NCBI GenBank assembly: GCA_036676395.1
Contig: JAKFCY010000002.1
Span: forward strand, 608,001-672,000
Origin: Bdellovibrio sp.
GTDB lineage: Bacteria; Bdellovibrionota; Bdellovibrionia; Bdellovibrionales; Bdellovibrionaceae
Reading direction: 5' to 3'
DNA: 64,000 bases
The translations under genes were made by a program, and so were the position numbers. A model generated the notes under the pieces. That model was not told the DNA's origin. It ran no database searches and saw only the letters and a list, made by a program, of their open reading frames with translations. Below are positions 47,375-58,081 of this stretch, one piece after another (the first letter of the stretch is position 1; every line of letters starts with the position of its first letter).

Positions 47375-49191
47375 ATTGAAGCTTCGGGAGCTGGTGATCC
47401 AGCTTTTTTAAAGCCCATTGCTTTTGTTTCTTGAATATTGATGAATTCAAGAGGTAAAGAATTTTTTAAGGTTAAGAAAAATTCTTTATGCGAAGCCATT
47501 TCCATATTCCATTGTGTATTATCGATTTTCATCGCTGCATTAAATTGATCATGAGAAAATTCTAAACCTTCCCAGTTAAGATCATTGTATTGCGGAGAAT
47601 AGCCTAATTCAGTTTCAACAGCATGAGCTGTATTATCGATGCGGTTAAACATCCATTGAAGAACGCGCATGTTATCGCCGTAACCTGGCCACATGAATTT
47701 ACCCTGTTCGTTTTTACGAAACCAGTTCACGATAAAAATTTCTGGAGTCTTAGCAATACGGTTTGGCATTTTTAACCAGTGCTTGAAGTAATCACCAATA
47801 TTGTAACCGCAGAACGGTAACATCGCCATTGGGTCACGACGAACAACACCCACTTTACCAGTTGCTGCTGCAGTTGTTTCAGAACCCACAGTGGCTGCGA
47901 AGTAAACGCCTGTGTTCCAGTCTTTAGCCTGAGAAACCAATGGGATGGTATCTGCACGACGGCCACCGAAGATAAAGGCATCAATTGGTACACCTGCTGG
48001 ATTTTCCATTTCTGCATCTGCAGATGGGCATTGTGAAGCCGGAACAGTGAAACGTGCATTCGGGTGAGCCGCAAGTCTGCCGCAGCCTGGAGTCCACTCT
48101 TGGCCTTGCCAGTCAGTTAATTTTGCAGGCGGAGTATCAGTCATACCTTCCCACCAAACATCACCTTCAGGAGTTAAGGCTACATTCGTGAAAATTGTAT
48201 TTTTCGCGATAGTTAACATCGCATTTGGATTTGTTTTAAAACTTGTTCCTGGGGCTACACCGAAAAATCCAGCTTCTGGATTGATTGCGCGTAACTGGCC
48301 ATTAAGATCAGGTTTGATCCATGCGATATCATCACCAACAGTTGTGATCTTCCAGTCTTGAAATTCTTGTGGCGGAATTAACATTGCGAAATTTGTTTTT
48401 CCGCAGGCCGATGGAAATGCCGCTGCTACATATTTTTTTTCTTGTTTAGCATTTTCAACACCTAAGATTAACATGTGTTCAGCTAACCAGCCTTCTTCGC
48501 GACCTAAAGTTGAAGCGATACGAAGGGCGAAACATTTTTTTCCTAATAAGGCATTGCCGCCGTAACCAGAACCGAAAGACCAGATTGATTTTTGTTCTGG
48601 GTAATGAACGATGTATTTTGTGTCAGCGTTGCATGGCCATGTCACATCTTTTTGACCAGCTTGTAATGGCGCACCTACAGAGTGAACACATTTTACGTAG
48701 TCAGTGTTATCGTTTACTAAATTCATCACTTGCGCACCGATGCGAGTCATCACGCGCATGTTGATTACAACGTATGGAGAATCTGTAATTTCAAAACCGA
48801 TTTTAGAAATTGGTGAACCTAAAGGGCCCATGCAAAAAGGAATCACGTACATCGTGCGGCCTTGCATACAACCGTCAAAAAGTTTTCCTAGAGTTTGTTG
48901 CATTTGTTCTGGAGCCATCCAGTTATTTGTTGGCCCTGCATCTTCTTGTTTTTCAGAACAGATAAAAGTTCTGTCTTCAACACGCGCAACGTCTGCTGGA
49001 TTTGATAAAGCTAAGTATGAATTCGGGCGTAGTGTTTCATTTAATTTTTTTAATGTGCCTGAAGCGATCATTAAGTCGATCAGCTTTTGGTTTTCAGCCT
49101 CTGAGCCATCGCACCAGTGGATATTTGTTGGCTTTGTTAAAGCCGCGATTTCGTTAACCCAGTTTAATAAATCTTGATTTTGGATTTGCAT
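47371..49191 (-). CDS. pckG: Phosphoenolpyruvate carboxykinase (GTP)
   Basis: [40 protein letters not shown]. Confidence 0.97.
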   Translation of the reverse strand: MQIQNQDLLNWVNEIAALTKPTNIHWCDGSEAENQKLIDLMIASGTLKKLNETLRPNSYLALSNPADVARVEDRTFICSEKQEDAGPTNNWMAPEQMQQTLGKLFDGCMQGRTMYVIPFCMGPLGSPISKIGFEITDSPYVVINMRVMTRIGAQVMNLVNDNTDYVKCVHSVGAPLQAGQKDVTWPCNADTKYIVHYPEQKSIWSFGSGYGGNALLGKKCFALRIASTLGREEGWLAEHMLILGVENAKQEKKYVAAAFPSACGKTNFAMLIPPQEFQDWKITTVGDDIAWIKPDLNGQLRAINPEAGFFGVAPGTSFKTNPNAMLTIAKNTIFTNVALTPEGDVWWEGMTDTPPAKLTDWQGQEWTPGCGRLAAHPNARFTVPASQCPSADAEMENPAGVPIDAFIFGGRRADTIPLVSQAKDWNTGVYFAATVGSETTAAATGKVGVVRRDPMAMLPFCGYNIGDYFKHWLKMPNRIAKTPEIFIVNWFRKNEQGKFMWPGYGDNMRVLQWMFNRIDNTAHAVETELGYSPQYNDLNWEGLEFSHDQFNAAMKIDNTQWNMEMASHKEFFLTLKNSLPLEFINIQETKAMGFKKAGSPAPEASI

Positions 49192-49305
49192 GTCTGCTCC
49201 TATAAAATTTAGAATGACACGTTCTAAACTTTTATAGTTTTGCAGGCAAGAAATGGGTTTGTTTTGCAGCTTTTACAGGCATGATTAGAGGCTAAAAAGC
49301 CTCAT

Positions 49306-49656
49306 TTATAGACTAAAAAGTTCGCGAATGGCCTCGGCCAATTTTTCACGTGGAATTACGCCTGCACTCATTGCTGGTTCTTCGCCAAGTGGAATAAAAA
49401 GCAGGGCAGGAATAGAGCGCACTTCGAACAGGGCTGCAAGCTCAGGAGACGCTTCAGTGTTGATTTTGTAAAAATTAACCCGGTCTTTAAAGATTTCTTC
49501 AGTATCTTGTAAAATAGGATTCAGTTGATGGCAGGGGCCACACCAATCGGCATAGAAATCAATGATAGCGGGCATTTTACCCCTAAAGGTCCATTCTTTA
49601 TTTTCAGTGAAATCAAAAATTTTTTCTTTAAATGTCTCAATCGTCAGTGTTTCCAT
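49306..49656 (-). CDS. Thioredoxin
   Basis: DFYADWCGPC; start taken at METL. Confidence 0.9.
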   Translation of the reverse strand: METLTIETFKEKIFDFTENKEWTFRGKMPAIIDFYADWCGPCHQLNPILQDTEEIFKDRVNFYKINTEASPELAALFEVRSIPALLFIPLGEEPAMSAGVIPREKLAEAIRELFSL

Positions 49657-49752
49657 GACATTAAGTCTTATTAGAAAATGGCGCATTGTCAAAATGTAAT
49701 AGTCACTTGCGAATTATAGATTTGAGCGAAATAATTTTATATTGAGGTTTAT

Positions 49753-50307
49753 ATGAAAATTCTAACTTTCGCCGGTTCGTTACGAAAAGATGCTTTAAGT
49801 AAAAAACTTTGCCATGTGGTTTCTGAAATCGTTCAAAAAAATAATTTAGGTGAGATTCATTTTGTTGATTTACAACCCTTGAACATTCCCGTTTATGATG
49901 GCGACTTTGAAACTTCACAGGGGATTCCTGCAGGAGTCATGAGTTTAGGAAAACAAATCACGGCAGCTGATGCATTGATTGTTTGTACACCTGAATACAA
50001 TGGTTCGATTCCAGGTTCGTTAAAAAATGTAGTTGATTGGTTATCGCGTGAAAAGCCTGTGCCTTTAACAGGTAAACCGATGTTGCTATTAGGTTCTTCA
50101 CCTGGAGCAATGGGCGGAATTCGTTCGCTATGGCATTCGCGTCAGCCTTTTGAGGTTTTAAATACGCAGCTCTATCCGGAAATGATGGCTGTAGGTAAAG
50201 CTCATGAAGTTATTTTAGAAAATCACACTTTGAGTGAACCTAAGTTACAGCAAAATCTTGAGCGTTTACTTAAAGATTTTACCACACACGTACAAAAATT
50301 TCTCTAA
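49753..50307 (+). CDS. NAD(P)H-dependent FMN reductase
   Basis: GSLRK, TPEYNGSIPGSLKN..DWLSR. Confidence 0.92.
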   Translation: MKILTFAGSLRKDALSKKLCHVVSEIVQKNNLGEIHFVDLQPLNIPVYDGDFETSQGIPAGVMSLGKQITAADALIVCTPEYNGSIPGSLKNVVDWLSREKPVPLTGKPMLLLGSSPGAMGGIRSLWHSRQPFEVLNTQLYPEMMAVGKAHEVILENHTLSEPKLQQNLERLLKDFTTHVQKFL

Positions 50308-52823
50308 TGGCTAGAACTATTTAATTTATCCAGCAGCAGAAGTTTTTGTTTTAAATTAAAATAATCAGCCCACGGGTCTTTTGCTGTTTTTAAAATTTTT
50401 AAAACTTTATCCACAGTAAAGTCTTTCGCAGATTTTACTTTCTTTAAGCTTTGCCAGGAAATCGGAAAAGCTACGGTGGCTTCACTTTGGGCACGCGCTG
50501 AATAGGGTGTAATAGCTGTGGCACCGTAACCGTTACGTAAATAATCTAAAAATATTTTTTTGTTGCGTTTGGATTTTGAAATTACCGTAGTGAAACTTTG
50601 CGGATATTCATGCACTAACTGATCACACACAGTTTTTGCAAAGTTTTTAACTTCGTCAAAGTTATATTTACGCTGAATCGGTACATGTAAATGTAATCCT
50701 TTACCGCCACTGACCAAAAGAAAACTTTTAAGCTTAAGCCGGTCGAGCAAGTCTTTAAGCGCAAAAGCGGCTTCTTTTACTTTTTCAAAAGTGACATTGG
50801 GTGCAGGATCTAAATCAAAAACGATGACATCGGGGTGGTCGACTTGATGAATTTTACATCCGCGCGAATGAATTTCAAGTGTACCTAACTGCACAAGCTC
50901 TAAAATTCCGGTGAGCGAATCGACATATAAAACTTCATCGGGTTTATTTTTTAATTCAGAATGTAATTTCATTGATTTTAGTCCAACGCCATTGATGTCT
51001 GTGTGTTTTTGAAAAAAACAAGTTTTACCAACGCCGTTCGGGCACCTTAGTAAGGCCAATGGGCGGTTTTCGACATAAGGTAAAATCCATTTTTGAATAG
51101 TTTTATAATAATCAGCTAACTCTCTTTTTGTAAGTTTTGCTTTTGCAAATAGGATTTTATCTGGATTACTAATAGGTACATCTTTTGGTTCTGGTGGCTC
51201 TTTAACTGGCGGGCCTTTTTTTGTTGGTGCTTTTTCTTTTTGGCTGATCAGAGTGTTTAATGTTTTTTCTTCAAGTGTCACGGTTTTTGCCTTTTTGTCA
51301 TAACGTAATCCTTTATAGGCAGCATGTCTTAAAATTTTCTCATCTGTCCATGCACCGAATTCAATTTGCGCGACCAGAGCGGGCTTTACAAAGCTCATGC
51401 TGCGGCGGCGGTCATGGGCTGTCATTGCTGGAGAACCTTTTTTGAAATAGCTTTTTTCACTTTTTATTTTTTTTAGTTTTTCTAATAATTTTGTGCTTTC
51501 AGCAGAATTAAAACCAGTTCCTACACGGCCAATATATTGAAATTCATTTTGTGCATTATAGGCGCCCATTAAGAGTGCCCCCAGAGAATTATTTTTGTTT
51601 TGTAAAGTGTAACCGCCTATCACGAATTCCTGAACTTTAGAACATTTGCTTTTAATCCAGTTTTTCGTGCGTCCTGACTGGTAAATACTTTGAACTTCTT
51701 TTGAAACAATTCCTTCAAGGTTTAAATGGCAGGCTGATTTTAGAACGTTCTTGCCGTCGCCTCGCCAGTGGTCGCTGAAAAGTATTTTTTTTGAAGGAGT
51801 TTCTTTTAATAATTTTTTTAAAAGAGTTTTTCTCTCTAAGAGCGGGTAGTCCCGCAGATCTTGTCCGTTAAAGTGCAGTATATCGAACACGTAATAAAAA
51901 AGTTCATTGCTTCTATGATTGTCTAAAGAATTTTGCAGGCCCTGAAAGTGGCTAACTCCGTTGTCATCAACCCACACGATTTCTCCATCTAGCATCACAG
52001 AGGCAGCCGGGATTTTTTTACATTCTTGTTCAATAAACTTATACTTGCTTGTCCAATCTAATCCTGACCTGGTTAAAAGTTTAATGTTTGATTTTTTTTT
52101 GTGGCAAAGAGTCCGGTAGCCATCAAGTTTAATTTCATGAATCCAGTTTTCACCCTGAGGCGCAACTTCTGCTAAAAGCGCTAACTGCGGTGCTACGAAT
52201 TCTGGCAGCGCTGTTTTTACGGCTTTTATCTTTTTAGGTTTGCGCACTGGTTTTTTTACCCGGGCCTCAAAGTTGTCGTCGGGAAGTTTTTTGCCAGAGA
52301 TAACGCTTTTATCGTTTTCTAAGATATCCACATTATCTTCGGCAAACTGATCATGCCTTTTAATTAAAAGCCATTGGCTTTTTTTTGAATTTCCAATTTT
52401 TCGTGTCCGCACCAATAACCAGCGGCCGGATAGTTTTTCACCATGTAATTCAAACTCAAGGCGTCCACTTTCAAGAGCTTTAAGCGGATTTTTCGGCGGA
52501 ATCCATTCGCCGCGATCCCACACAATCACATCACCACCACCATATTCTCCAAGCGGAATGCTTCCTTCAAAATAAGCGTAGTCCATAGGGTGATCTTCTA
52601 CTTCTACGGCTAAGCGTTTATCTTCGGGATTTAAAGAAGGGCCTTTAGGAATAGCCCAGCTTTTTAAAACTCCATCTAATTCCAGACGAAAATCATAATG
52701 TAGATGCGAGGCCGCGTGTTTTTGAATGACGAAAATTTTTTTGTTTTTTGTTGAATACTTACGCCCCCGTGGTTCGAGAGTTTTTTTAAAATCACGTTTT
52801 GAATGGTATTCTTGTAAACCCAT
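50304..52823 (-). CDS. ligD: NHEJ DNA ligase D (phosphoesterase-ligase-polymerase)
   Basis: QKHAASHLHYDFRLE, EIKLDGYR, EGIVSK, FDLDP, SGGKGLH, FLDYLRN. Confidence 0.96.
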   Translation of the reverse strand: MGLQEYHSKRDFKKTLEPRGRKYSTKNKKIFVIQKHAASHLHYDFRLELDGVLKSWAIPKGPSLNPEDKRLAVEVEDHPMDYAYFEGSIPLGEYGGGDVIVWDRGEWIPPKNPLKALESGRLEFELHGEKLSGRWLLVRTRKIGNSKKSQWLLIKRHDQFAEDNVDILENDKSVISGKKLPDDNFEARVKKPVRKPKKIKAVKTALPEFVAPQLALLAEVAPQGENWIHEIKLDGYRTLCHKKKSNIKLLTRSGLDWTSKYKFIEQECKKIPAASVMLDGEIVWVDDNGVSHFQGLQNSLDNHRSNELFYYVFDILHFNGQDLRDYPLLERKTLLKKLLKETPSKKILFSDHWRGDGKNVLKSACHLNLEGIVSKEVQSIYQSGRTKNWIKSKCSKVQEFVIGGYTLQNKNNSLGALLMGAYNAQNEFQYIGRVGTGFNSAESTKLLEKLKKIKSEKSYFKKGSPAMTAHDRRRSMSFVKPALVAQIEFGAWTDEKILRHAAYKGLRYDKKAKTVTLEEKTLNTLISQKEKAPTKKGPPVKEPPEPKDVPISNPDKILFAKAKLTKRELADYYKTIQKWILPYVENRPLALLRCPNGVGKTCFFQKHTDINGVGLKSMKLHSELKNKPDEVLYVDSLTGILELVQLGTLEIHSRGCKIHQVDHPDVIVFDLDPAPNVTFEKVKEAAFALKDLLDRLKLKSFLLVSGGKGLHLHVPIQRKYNFDEVKNFAKTVCDQLVHEYPQSFTTVISKSKRNKKIFLDYLRNGYGATAITPYSARAQSEATVAFPISWQSLKKVKSAKDFTVDKVLKILKTAKDPWADYFNLKQKLLLLDKLNSSSH

Positions 52824-52831
52824 ATATAATC

Positions 52832-53740
52832 CTAATGCAATCTATGCTGAGCTGTTGCTTTCGATTTTTTATGAGAGGCCGATTTTTTGCGCGCGGCTGA
52901 CAATTGCGCTGCCGAAGCTTTTTCAGAACGTTTTGCCGCAGGTTTTCCCCGCGAAATACTTTTTTGCAGTAACGACATAAGATCGGCTGAATTTGTATTT
53001 GTGGCCTTGGGTGCTTCTTCGTACTCGGCAGCTTCTTTGGTATCTCCGGCTTTAATTTTATGGGTAATATATTTCTTAAGATCTTCCTGATATGTGTCGT
53101 GGTATTTTTCTGGTTTCCACTTTTCTGTCATTTCATCGACTAAAGTTTTTGCGGCCTTCATTTCACGGGGTGAAATTCTGACATGCGAGATATCATAGTC
53201 GTGAAGAAACTTTGCTTGTTTGACTTCGGTAACTTCATGGGCAAAACGCATAATTTCTAGTATTAAATATTCACCACGCGGAATAATAGTCACTAAATGC
53301 TGGCGGTTCCGAAGCACAAATTTAGCAACAGCAGCTTTCTTAGTTTCTTCTAAGATATTTCGCAGAAGCACATAACCTTTTTCGCCATTTTTGCCTGGCA
53401 CCAGATAATACGGTTTTTCGAATAGTAAAAAATCAACCTCTTTTAGATTTACAAAGTCTTCGATATCTATAGTCTGTGTTGATTTTGGATTCGCTTTTTT
53501 CAGTTCTTCGTCCGTTACTGTGACAAACTGATTTTTTTCATATTCGAAAGCTTTAATAATATTTTTTCTATCGATTTCTTTACCAGTAGATTTTGTATAT
53601 TGTTTGTAGCCAATCGGCGAGTAGTTGCGTTTATCGAGCATACGAAAACTAATTCGTTCGTCTTCTTTTGCACTCATGACTGAGACGGGAATGTTTAACA
53701 ACCCAAAACTAATGGCTCCATTCCATATACCACGCGCCAT
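52832..53740 (-). CDS. ku: NHEJ Ku protein
   Basis: IWNGAISFGLLNIPV, IDIEDFV, KPYYLVP; basic C-terminal tail. Confidence 0.96.
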   Translation of the reverse strand: MARGIWNGAISFGLLNIPVSVMSAKEDERISFRMLDKRNYSPIGYKQYTKSTGKEIDRKNIIKAFEYEKNQFVTVTDEELKKANPKSTQTIDIEDFVNLKEVDFLLFEKPYYLVPGKNGEKGYVLLRNILEETKKAAVAKFVLRNRQHLVTIIPRGEYLILEIMRFAHEVTEVKQAKFLHDYDISHVRISPREMKAAKTLVDEMTEKWKPEKYHDTYQEDLKKYITHKIKAGDTKEAAEYEEAPKATNTNSADLMSLLQKSISRGKPAAKRSEKASAAQLSAARKKSASHKKSKATAQHRLH

Positions 53741-53757
53741 AATACTCTCTCCTTTAG

Positions 53758-53946
53758 TTAAATCAGTTTTTCATTGTGCTGGCGGGCTTTATTTCGCGAC
53801 TTGCGAGCATCTTCGCCAACCACATCATGAGCACCTTCATATTCGGTTGAATCTTTCATATCATTATCGTGCAATGTCGCTGAATTTTTATGAACACGAG
53901 TGACCTGACTTTTTTTATGCTTATTACTGCGTGAAGCCATTGTCAT
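53758..53946 (-). CDS. Small hydrophilic protein heading the ku-ligD operon
   Basis: SD GGAGG 5 nt before ATG 53946; 62 aa. Confidence 0.55.
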   Translation of the reverse strand: MTMASRSNKHKKSQVTRVHKNSATLHDNDMKDSTEYEGAHDVVGEDARKSRNKARQHNEKLI

Positions 53947-53974
53947 ATAAACCTCCATTTATAGAATAAAGTGC

Positions 53975-53990
53975 AGCAAAGCGCTTGCCT
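53975..53990 (-). promoter_or_regulatory. sigma54 -24/-12 promoter candidate for the ku-ligD operon
   Basis: AGGCAAGCGCTTTGCT on the minus strand, GG-N10-GC. Confidence 0.55.
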
Positions 53991-54036
53991 ATAGCAGCTT
54001 GAACCTGGAAGTTATAATTATTTTTTCAGGGTAATA

Positions 54037-54738
54037 ATGGGACGTTTACCGAGGAACAGTTATTGCTGTTTAATGACGGTGATGAAAAAGTTCAGCCTAA
54101 CTTTAGTTTTGATCTCGTTGTTCGCTTTTTCTTTACTGGGGCAAGTTATAGAAGGGCATTCGGCCTACAACGAAGAAAGAGTCAGCGAAAACAAGCTGCC
54201 TGCAGTTCAAATATCTGAGTACCTTAAAACAGGCCACTTTATCAGTGCGCTTTCTGAAAATATGGAATCTGAGTTTTTGCAAATGGCACTTTTTGTGGTT
54301 TTAACAGTTAATCTTTATCAAATCGGCTCTTCAGAATCGAATAAACTACCTTACCAAAAAACCAAAGATGATTTAAATACTGAAGCCGATGAAGAACTGT
54401 ATTCTAGCGAACAAAAAAAGAAATATCCATTTTGGTGGCCAATATATGAAAGGTCACTGACTATTGCGCTTTTTTTAATTTTTGTCGGCTTTTTTCTAGT
54501 TCACGCTTACGGAAGTTTACTTTTAGTTAATGAAGAGCATTTGCGGTTAGATAAACCTTTACTTACCTTTTGGCAAATATTCAGCGAAAGCGAATTTTGG
54601 TTTGAATCTTTTCAAAACTGGCAAAGTGAATTTTTTTCGGTAGCGATGCTTTGCCTCTTAAGTATTTTCTTACGTCAAAAAGGTTCGGCACAGTCAAAAA
54701 AACTGCACCGATCGGTTTCTTACACTGGTGGTCACTAA
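54037..54738 (+). CDS. DUF6766-like membrane protein
   Basis: Duplicated ENMESEFLQM / FWFESFQNWQSEF and Q.GS..S motifs; true start may be 54073 or 54082. Confidence 0.75.
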   Translation: MGRLPRNSYCCLMTVMKKFSLTLVLISLFAFSLLGQVIEGHSAYNEERVSENKLPAVQISEYLKTGHFISALSENMESEFLQMALFVVLTVNLYQIGSSESNKLPYQKTKDDLNTEADEELYSSEQKKKYPFWWPIYERSLTIALFLIFVGFFLVHAYGSLLLVNEEHLRLDKPLLTFWQIFSESEFWFESFQNWQSEFFSVAMLCLLSIFLRQKGSAQSKKLHRSVSYTGGH

Positions 54739-57125
54739 TTATTTATTGCGGAGGGCAAGTTTGCGTCATGGTTCACCTTGTGGTGAAAAACCATTTCGTC
54801 TGTCCAATCGGATAAGTCTATCCCTAAAGCAATCGTTAATACTTCGTTAATATGTTGTACCGTATGAATTTTCATCTGTGAACGAACCTCTTCAGGCACT
54901 TCAATTAAATCTTTTTCATTACGTTCTGACATAATCACTTCGTTAATTCCGGCGCGGTGTGCGGCAATGATTTTTTCTTTAATACCACCCACCGGTAAAA
55001 CTTTTCCGCGCAAGCTGATTTCTCCGGTCATGGCTAATTTTGGATTTACCACACGACGAGAAATAAGGGAGGCCAGCGATGTTAAAAGCGTAATCCCTGC
55101 GGATGGCCCATCTTTTGGAATCCCTCCAGAAGGCACATGTAAGTGGATATCAAATTTACTAAAATCAAAGGTAGGAGCCAAAGTTTGCAATCTGGCTTTA
55201 ATTAATGATTTCGCAATTTGTGCAGATTCTTTCATAACGTCACCTAATTGGCCAGTCACGATCAATTCGCCTTTACCAGGCACGAGGGCGGTTTCGATAA
55301 ATAAGATATCACCGCCGACCGGCGTCCAAGCAAGGCCTGTGACCACACCTGCAGATGCGACAACATCTGCAACTTCGCTTTGGTAACGTTCTGGCCCTAG
55401 AATTTCTTCTAGTTTTGCCAGCTCGACTAAAATTTTTGTCTCGCCACGCAGAATTTTTTCGCTGGCGAATCTGGCCATTTCAGCAATTTTACGTTGCAGC
55501 TCACGCACCCCGGCTTCACGAGTGTAATGCGAGATGGTTTTAAACAGAGCTTCGTCACTGATTTCGATTTGTTCAGCGGTGAGGCCATGTTCTTTGATCT
55601 GTTTCGGAATCAGATGCGTTTTTGCAATATGAAATTTTTCTGCAATCGTGTACCCCGATAAATCAATCACTTCCATACGATCAAGCAAGGGCAGTGGAAT
55701 ACCTTCAAGGCTATTTGCCGTGGCAATAAAAAAGATATTCGACAAATCAAAAGCCGTATCAAGGTAGTGATCAGTGAACGTTGTATTTTGTTCTGGATCT
55801 AACACTTCAAGCATGGCTGAAGCGGGGTCTCCAGAAAAGCTGCGCGACATTTTATCGATTTCATCTAATACAAAGACAGCGTCGTTTTCTCCGGCCTTTT
55901 TAACAGCCGAAATAATTCGCCCCGGTAAAGAACCAATGTAGGTTCGTCTGTGTCCGCGAATTTCAGATTCATCCCGAACCCCACCCAGACTGATACGTTG
56001 ATATTTTTTTCCTAAGGCGCGCGCAATACTTTGGCCAAGCGAGGTTTTACCCACTCCGGGAGGGCCGATAAATAATAAAATAGAGCCGCGTTTTTCTTTT
56101 TTAAGTTTTAGTACAGCCAAATGCTGCAAAATTCTTTTTTTAATTTTGTTTAAACCATAGTGATCTGCATGCAGAATGTTTTCGGCATCATCTAAGTTAA
56201 AATCTTTTTGATTCGAAGACTTTTTCCATGGCAAAGCCACCATCAAATCTAAATGTGATCTAATCATTTGATGCTCTGGCGATTGCTGGTTCGTAGACTC
56301 AAGCTTTTTAAGTTGTTGCAGAGCCAAATCATTGGCTTCTTGAGGCATATGAGCTGATTTGATTTTTTTACTATAATCATCCAGATTAGAAGTTTCTTCG
56401 CCTTCGCCGAGTTCTTCTTTAATGGTTTTTAACTGCTCACGCAAAATATGTTCGCGTTGCGTTTGTCCAAGTTTTGTTCCCAATTTTTGACGAATATCCT
56501 GACGAACTTGCAGATTATCTTTTTGCTGATTCATCAGGTTTAATAAATGCATAATACGTTCTTTGATCGACGTCATTTCTAAAAGATGCTGTCTTTCTTC
56601 GATAGTAATTTCGATATTAGCTGCGGCTAAATAAGATAATAAGCCCACATCTTCAATAGCTAAAACTAATTCCTGAGCTTGTTCCGTGTTGCCCGGAATT
56701 AATTGTAAAACTTCAATGCTGATCTGTCTTAAACTGTTTAACAAAGCACCTTCAGTAGCGGGGTCGACATCTAAATGATCATCGACGCGCTCAGTGTGGG
56801 CTTCGTAAATTTCGGTATCGGTTTTAAAAGAAGTGACTTTCATGCGATGGTAACCACGCAAGGTCACGAAGTAACCTTGTTCGTGGGTTCCCTTAATCGC
56901 TTCGATTTTGCTTAATGTTCCCCAATGAAATAAATCATCAGTGCTTTCAATTGATTTGTCAGGATGTCGCTGCGCAAGCGTGATAATCCAATTATCTTTA
57001 AGCATGGCTGCATCAACAGCTTTTAAACTGCGGTCGCGCCCTACGCGTAATGTTTGTGTGATACCGGGATAGAGCACTGTGTTTTTAAGTGGTAAAACGG
57101 GGATGGCTCCTATTGGCATTGACAT
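54735..57125 (-). CDS. lon: Lon protease (endopeptidase La)
   Basis: GPPGVGKTS, LDEIDK, PKDGPSAG, VGGIKEK; SD AGGAG before ATG 57125. Confidence 0.97.
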   Translation of the reverse strand: MSMPIGAIPVLPLKNTVLYPGITQTLRVGRDRSLKAVDAAMLKDNWIITLAQRHPDKSIESTDDLFHWGTLSKIEAIKGTHEQGYFVTLRGYHRMKVTSFKTDTEIYEAHTERVDDHLDVDPATEGALLNSLRQISIEVLQLIPGNTEQAQELVLAIEDVGLLSYLAAANIEITIEERQHLLEMTSIKERIMHLLNLMNQQKDNLQVRQDIRQKLGTKLGQTQREHILREQLKTIKEELGEGEETSNLDDYSKKIKSAHMPQEANDLALQQLKKLESTNQQSPEHQMIRSHLDLMVALPWKKSSNQKDFNLDDAENILHADHYGLNKIKKRILQHLAVLKLKKEKRGSILLFIGPPGVGKTSLGQSIARALGKKYQRISLGGVRDESEIRGHRRTYIGSLPGRIISAVKKAGENDAVFVLDEIDKMSRSFSGDPASAMLEVLDPEQNTTFTDHYLDTAFDLSNIFFIATANSLEGIPLPLLDRMEVIDLSGYTIAEKFHIAKTHLIPKQIKEHGLTAEQIEISDEALFKTISHYTREAGVRELQRKIAEMARFASEKILRGETKILVELAKLEEILGPERYQSEVADVVASAGVVTGLAWTPVGGDILFIETALVPGKGELIVTGQLGDVMKESAQIAKSLIKARLQTLAPTFDFSKFDIHLHVPSGGIPKDGPSAGITLLTSLASLISRRVVNPKLAMTGEISLRGKVLPVGGIKEKIIAAHRAGINEVIMSERNEKDLIEVPEEVRSQMKIHTVQHINEVLTIALGIDLSDWTDEMVFHHKVNHDANLPSAINN

Positions 57126-57152
57126 ATTTGTCTCCTGACCATTTATGGTCAT

Positions 57153-57184
57153 AAAAAAACAAGGGGCACGGTTCGGCCCCTTGT
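57153..57184 (-). terminator. Intrinsic terminator between hsp20 and lon
   Basis: ACAAGGGGC-8nt-GCCCCTTGT-T6 on the minus strand. Confidence 0.8.
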
Positions 57185-57287
57185 ATGCCTCAGATAGTTC
57201 TCTCGAAACTATTTATTTAACTGGGGCAGCGGTCTAACGTCCGTGTCGACGTCTGCGTGTGAAGTCCGCTTGTTAAGGCACAGAACG
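57184..57287 (-). ncRNA. Candidate structured cis-regulatory RNA upstream of lon
   Basis: Nested and mutually exclusive stems found by eye, directly before the terminator; no family recognised. Confidence 0.35.
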
Positions 57288-57824
57288 TTAAGTCTTATAA
57301 TTTTCTTTAGCAGGCGCTTCCTTATTTGAAGTTTGTTCCTGTTTTTTTGTTCCTAAAAGTTTATCGAAGATGCCGCCTTTACCAGATTGAATTTCAATCT
57401 TTCTGGCTTGGGCCACTTCGGTTTTTGGTAAATATAATTCAAGTACGCCATCTTCATAACGTGCTTCAACCTTTTCCGCATCGATCGTGTTAGGTAATAC
57501 GAAACTTCGCTTAAACGTACCGTATGTTTTTTCATAACGATGAACTTGGTTAGTTTCATTATGTTTTACATTTTTACGTTCACCCGAAATAGCTAAAGTA
57601 CCATCAGCAACTTCGATTTTAATATCTTCTTTTTTCATACCGGGTAAATCAATACTTAGTAAATAGTGATTTTCTTCTTCCATTAATTCAGACGCCGGAG
57701 AAAATTCGCGTTCATCATAAACGGGCTGACCCGGGGGAGTAAAATGATCAAACATCCTATCCATCTCTCTCAATAAATCGGATGTTAGATTCCTACTCGT
57801 AAAAAACGGAGTTAGTGTTCTCAT
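57288..57824 (-). CDS. Hsp20/alpha-crystallin small heat-shock protein
   Basis: DLPGMKKEDIKI, L.ISGER, YGTFKRSF.LP, A.YEDGVL.L. Confidence 0.95.
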   Translation of the reverse strand: MRTLTPFFTSRNLTSDLLREMDRMFDHFTPPGQPVYDEREFSPASELMEEENHYLLSIDLPGMKKEDIKIEVADGTLAISGERKNVKHNETNQVHRYEKTYGTFKRSFVLPNTIDAEKVEARYEDGVLELYLPKTEVAQARKIEIQSGKGGIFDKLLGTKKQEQTSNKEAPAKENYKT

Positions 57825-58046
57825 ATATTTTTCCTCCTTTTAAGGTTAGAACATTTCTCTTTCTTAATTAAAAGTTGTAGCCGTGTAGATTTATGTCAAG
57901 GCGACCAAATCGTTAGATTGAAGTAATAGTTATGTCGCAAACAATAATTTATTATTGATAATATTTCTGTAAATGCGCCTTGACGGAAACATAATACGAC
58001 TCATTTCAGCAAAAACAGTTTAACTTTTTGACAGTACCAACAAGAT

Positions 58047-58074
58047 TAAAGTCTAGGTAATTGTTGCCCGATCA
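58047..58074 (+). promoter_or_regulatory. sigma28/FliA-like promoter
   Basis: TAAAG-N15-CCCGATCA, 7 nt before ATG 58082. Confidence 0.6.
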
Positions 58075-58081
58075 TTTGGGT

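Noticed and set aside
54967..55386. Antisense shadow ORFs in the track (also 23282-23644, 48704-49177 and others)
   Set aside because: They lie opposite well-conserved genes and show no recognisable motifs
57825..57960. CIRCE or clear sigma32 promoter before hsp20
   Set aside because: No TTAGCACTC-N9-GAGTGCTAA; CTTGACA is present but without a convincing, correctly spaced -10
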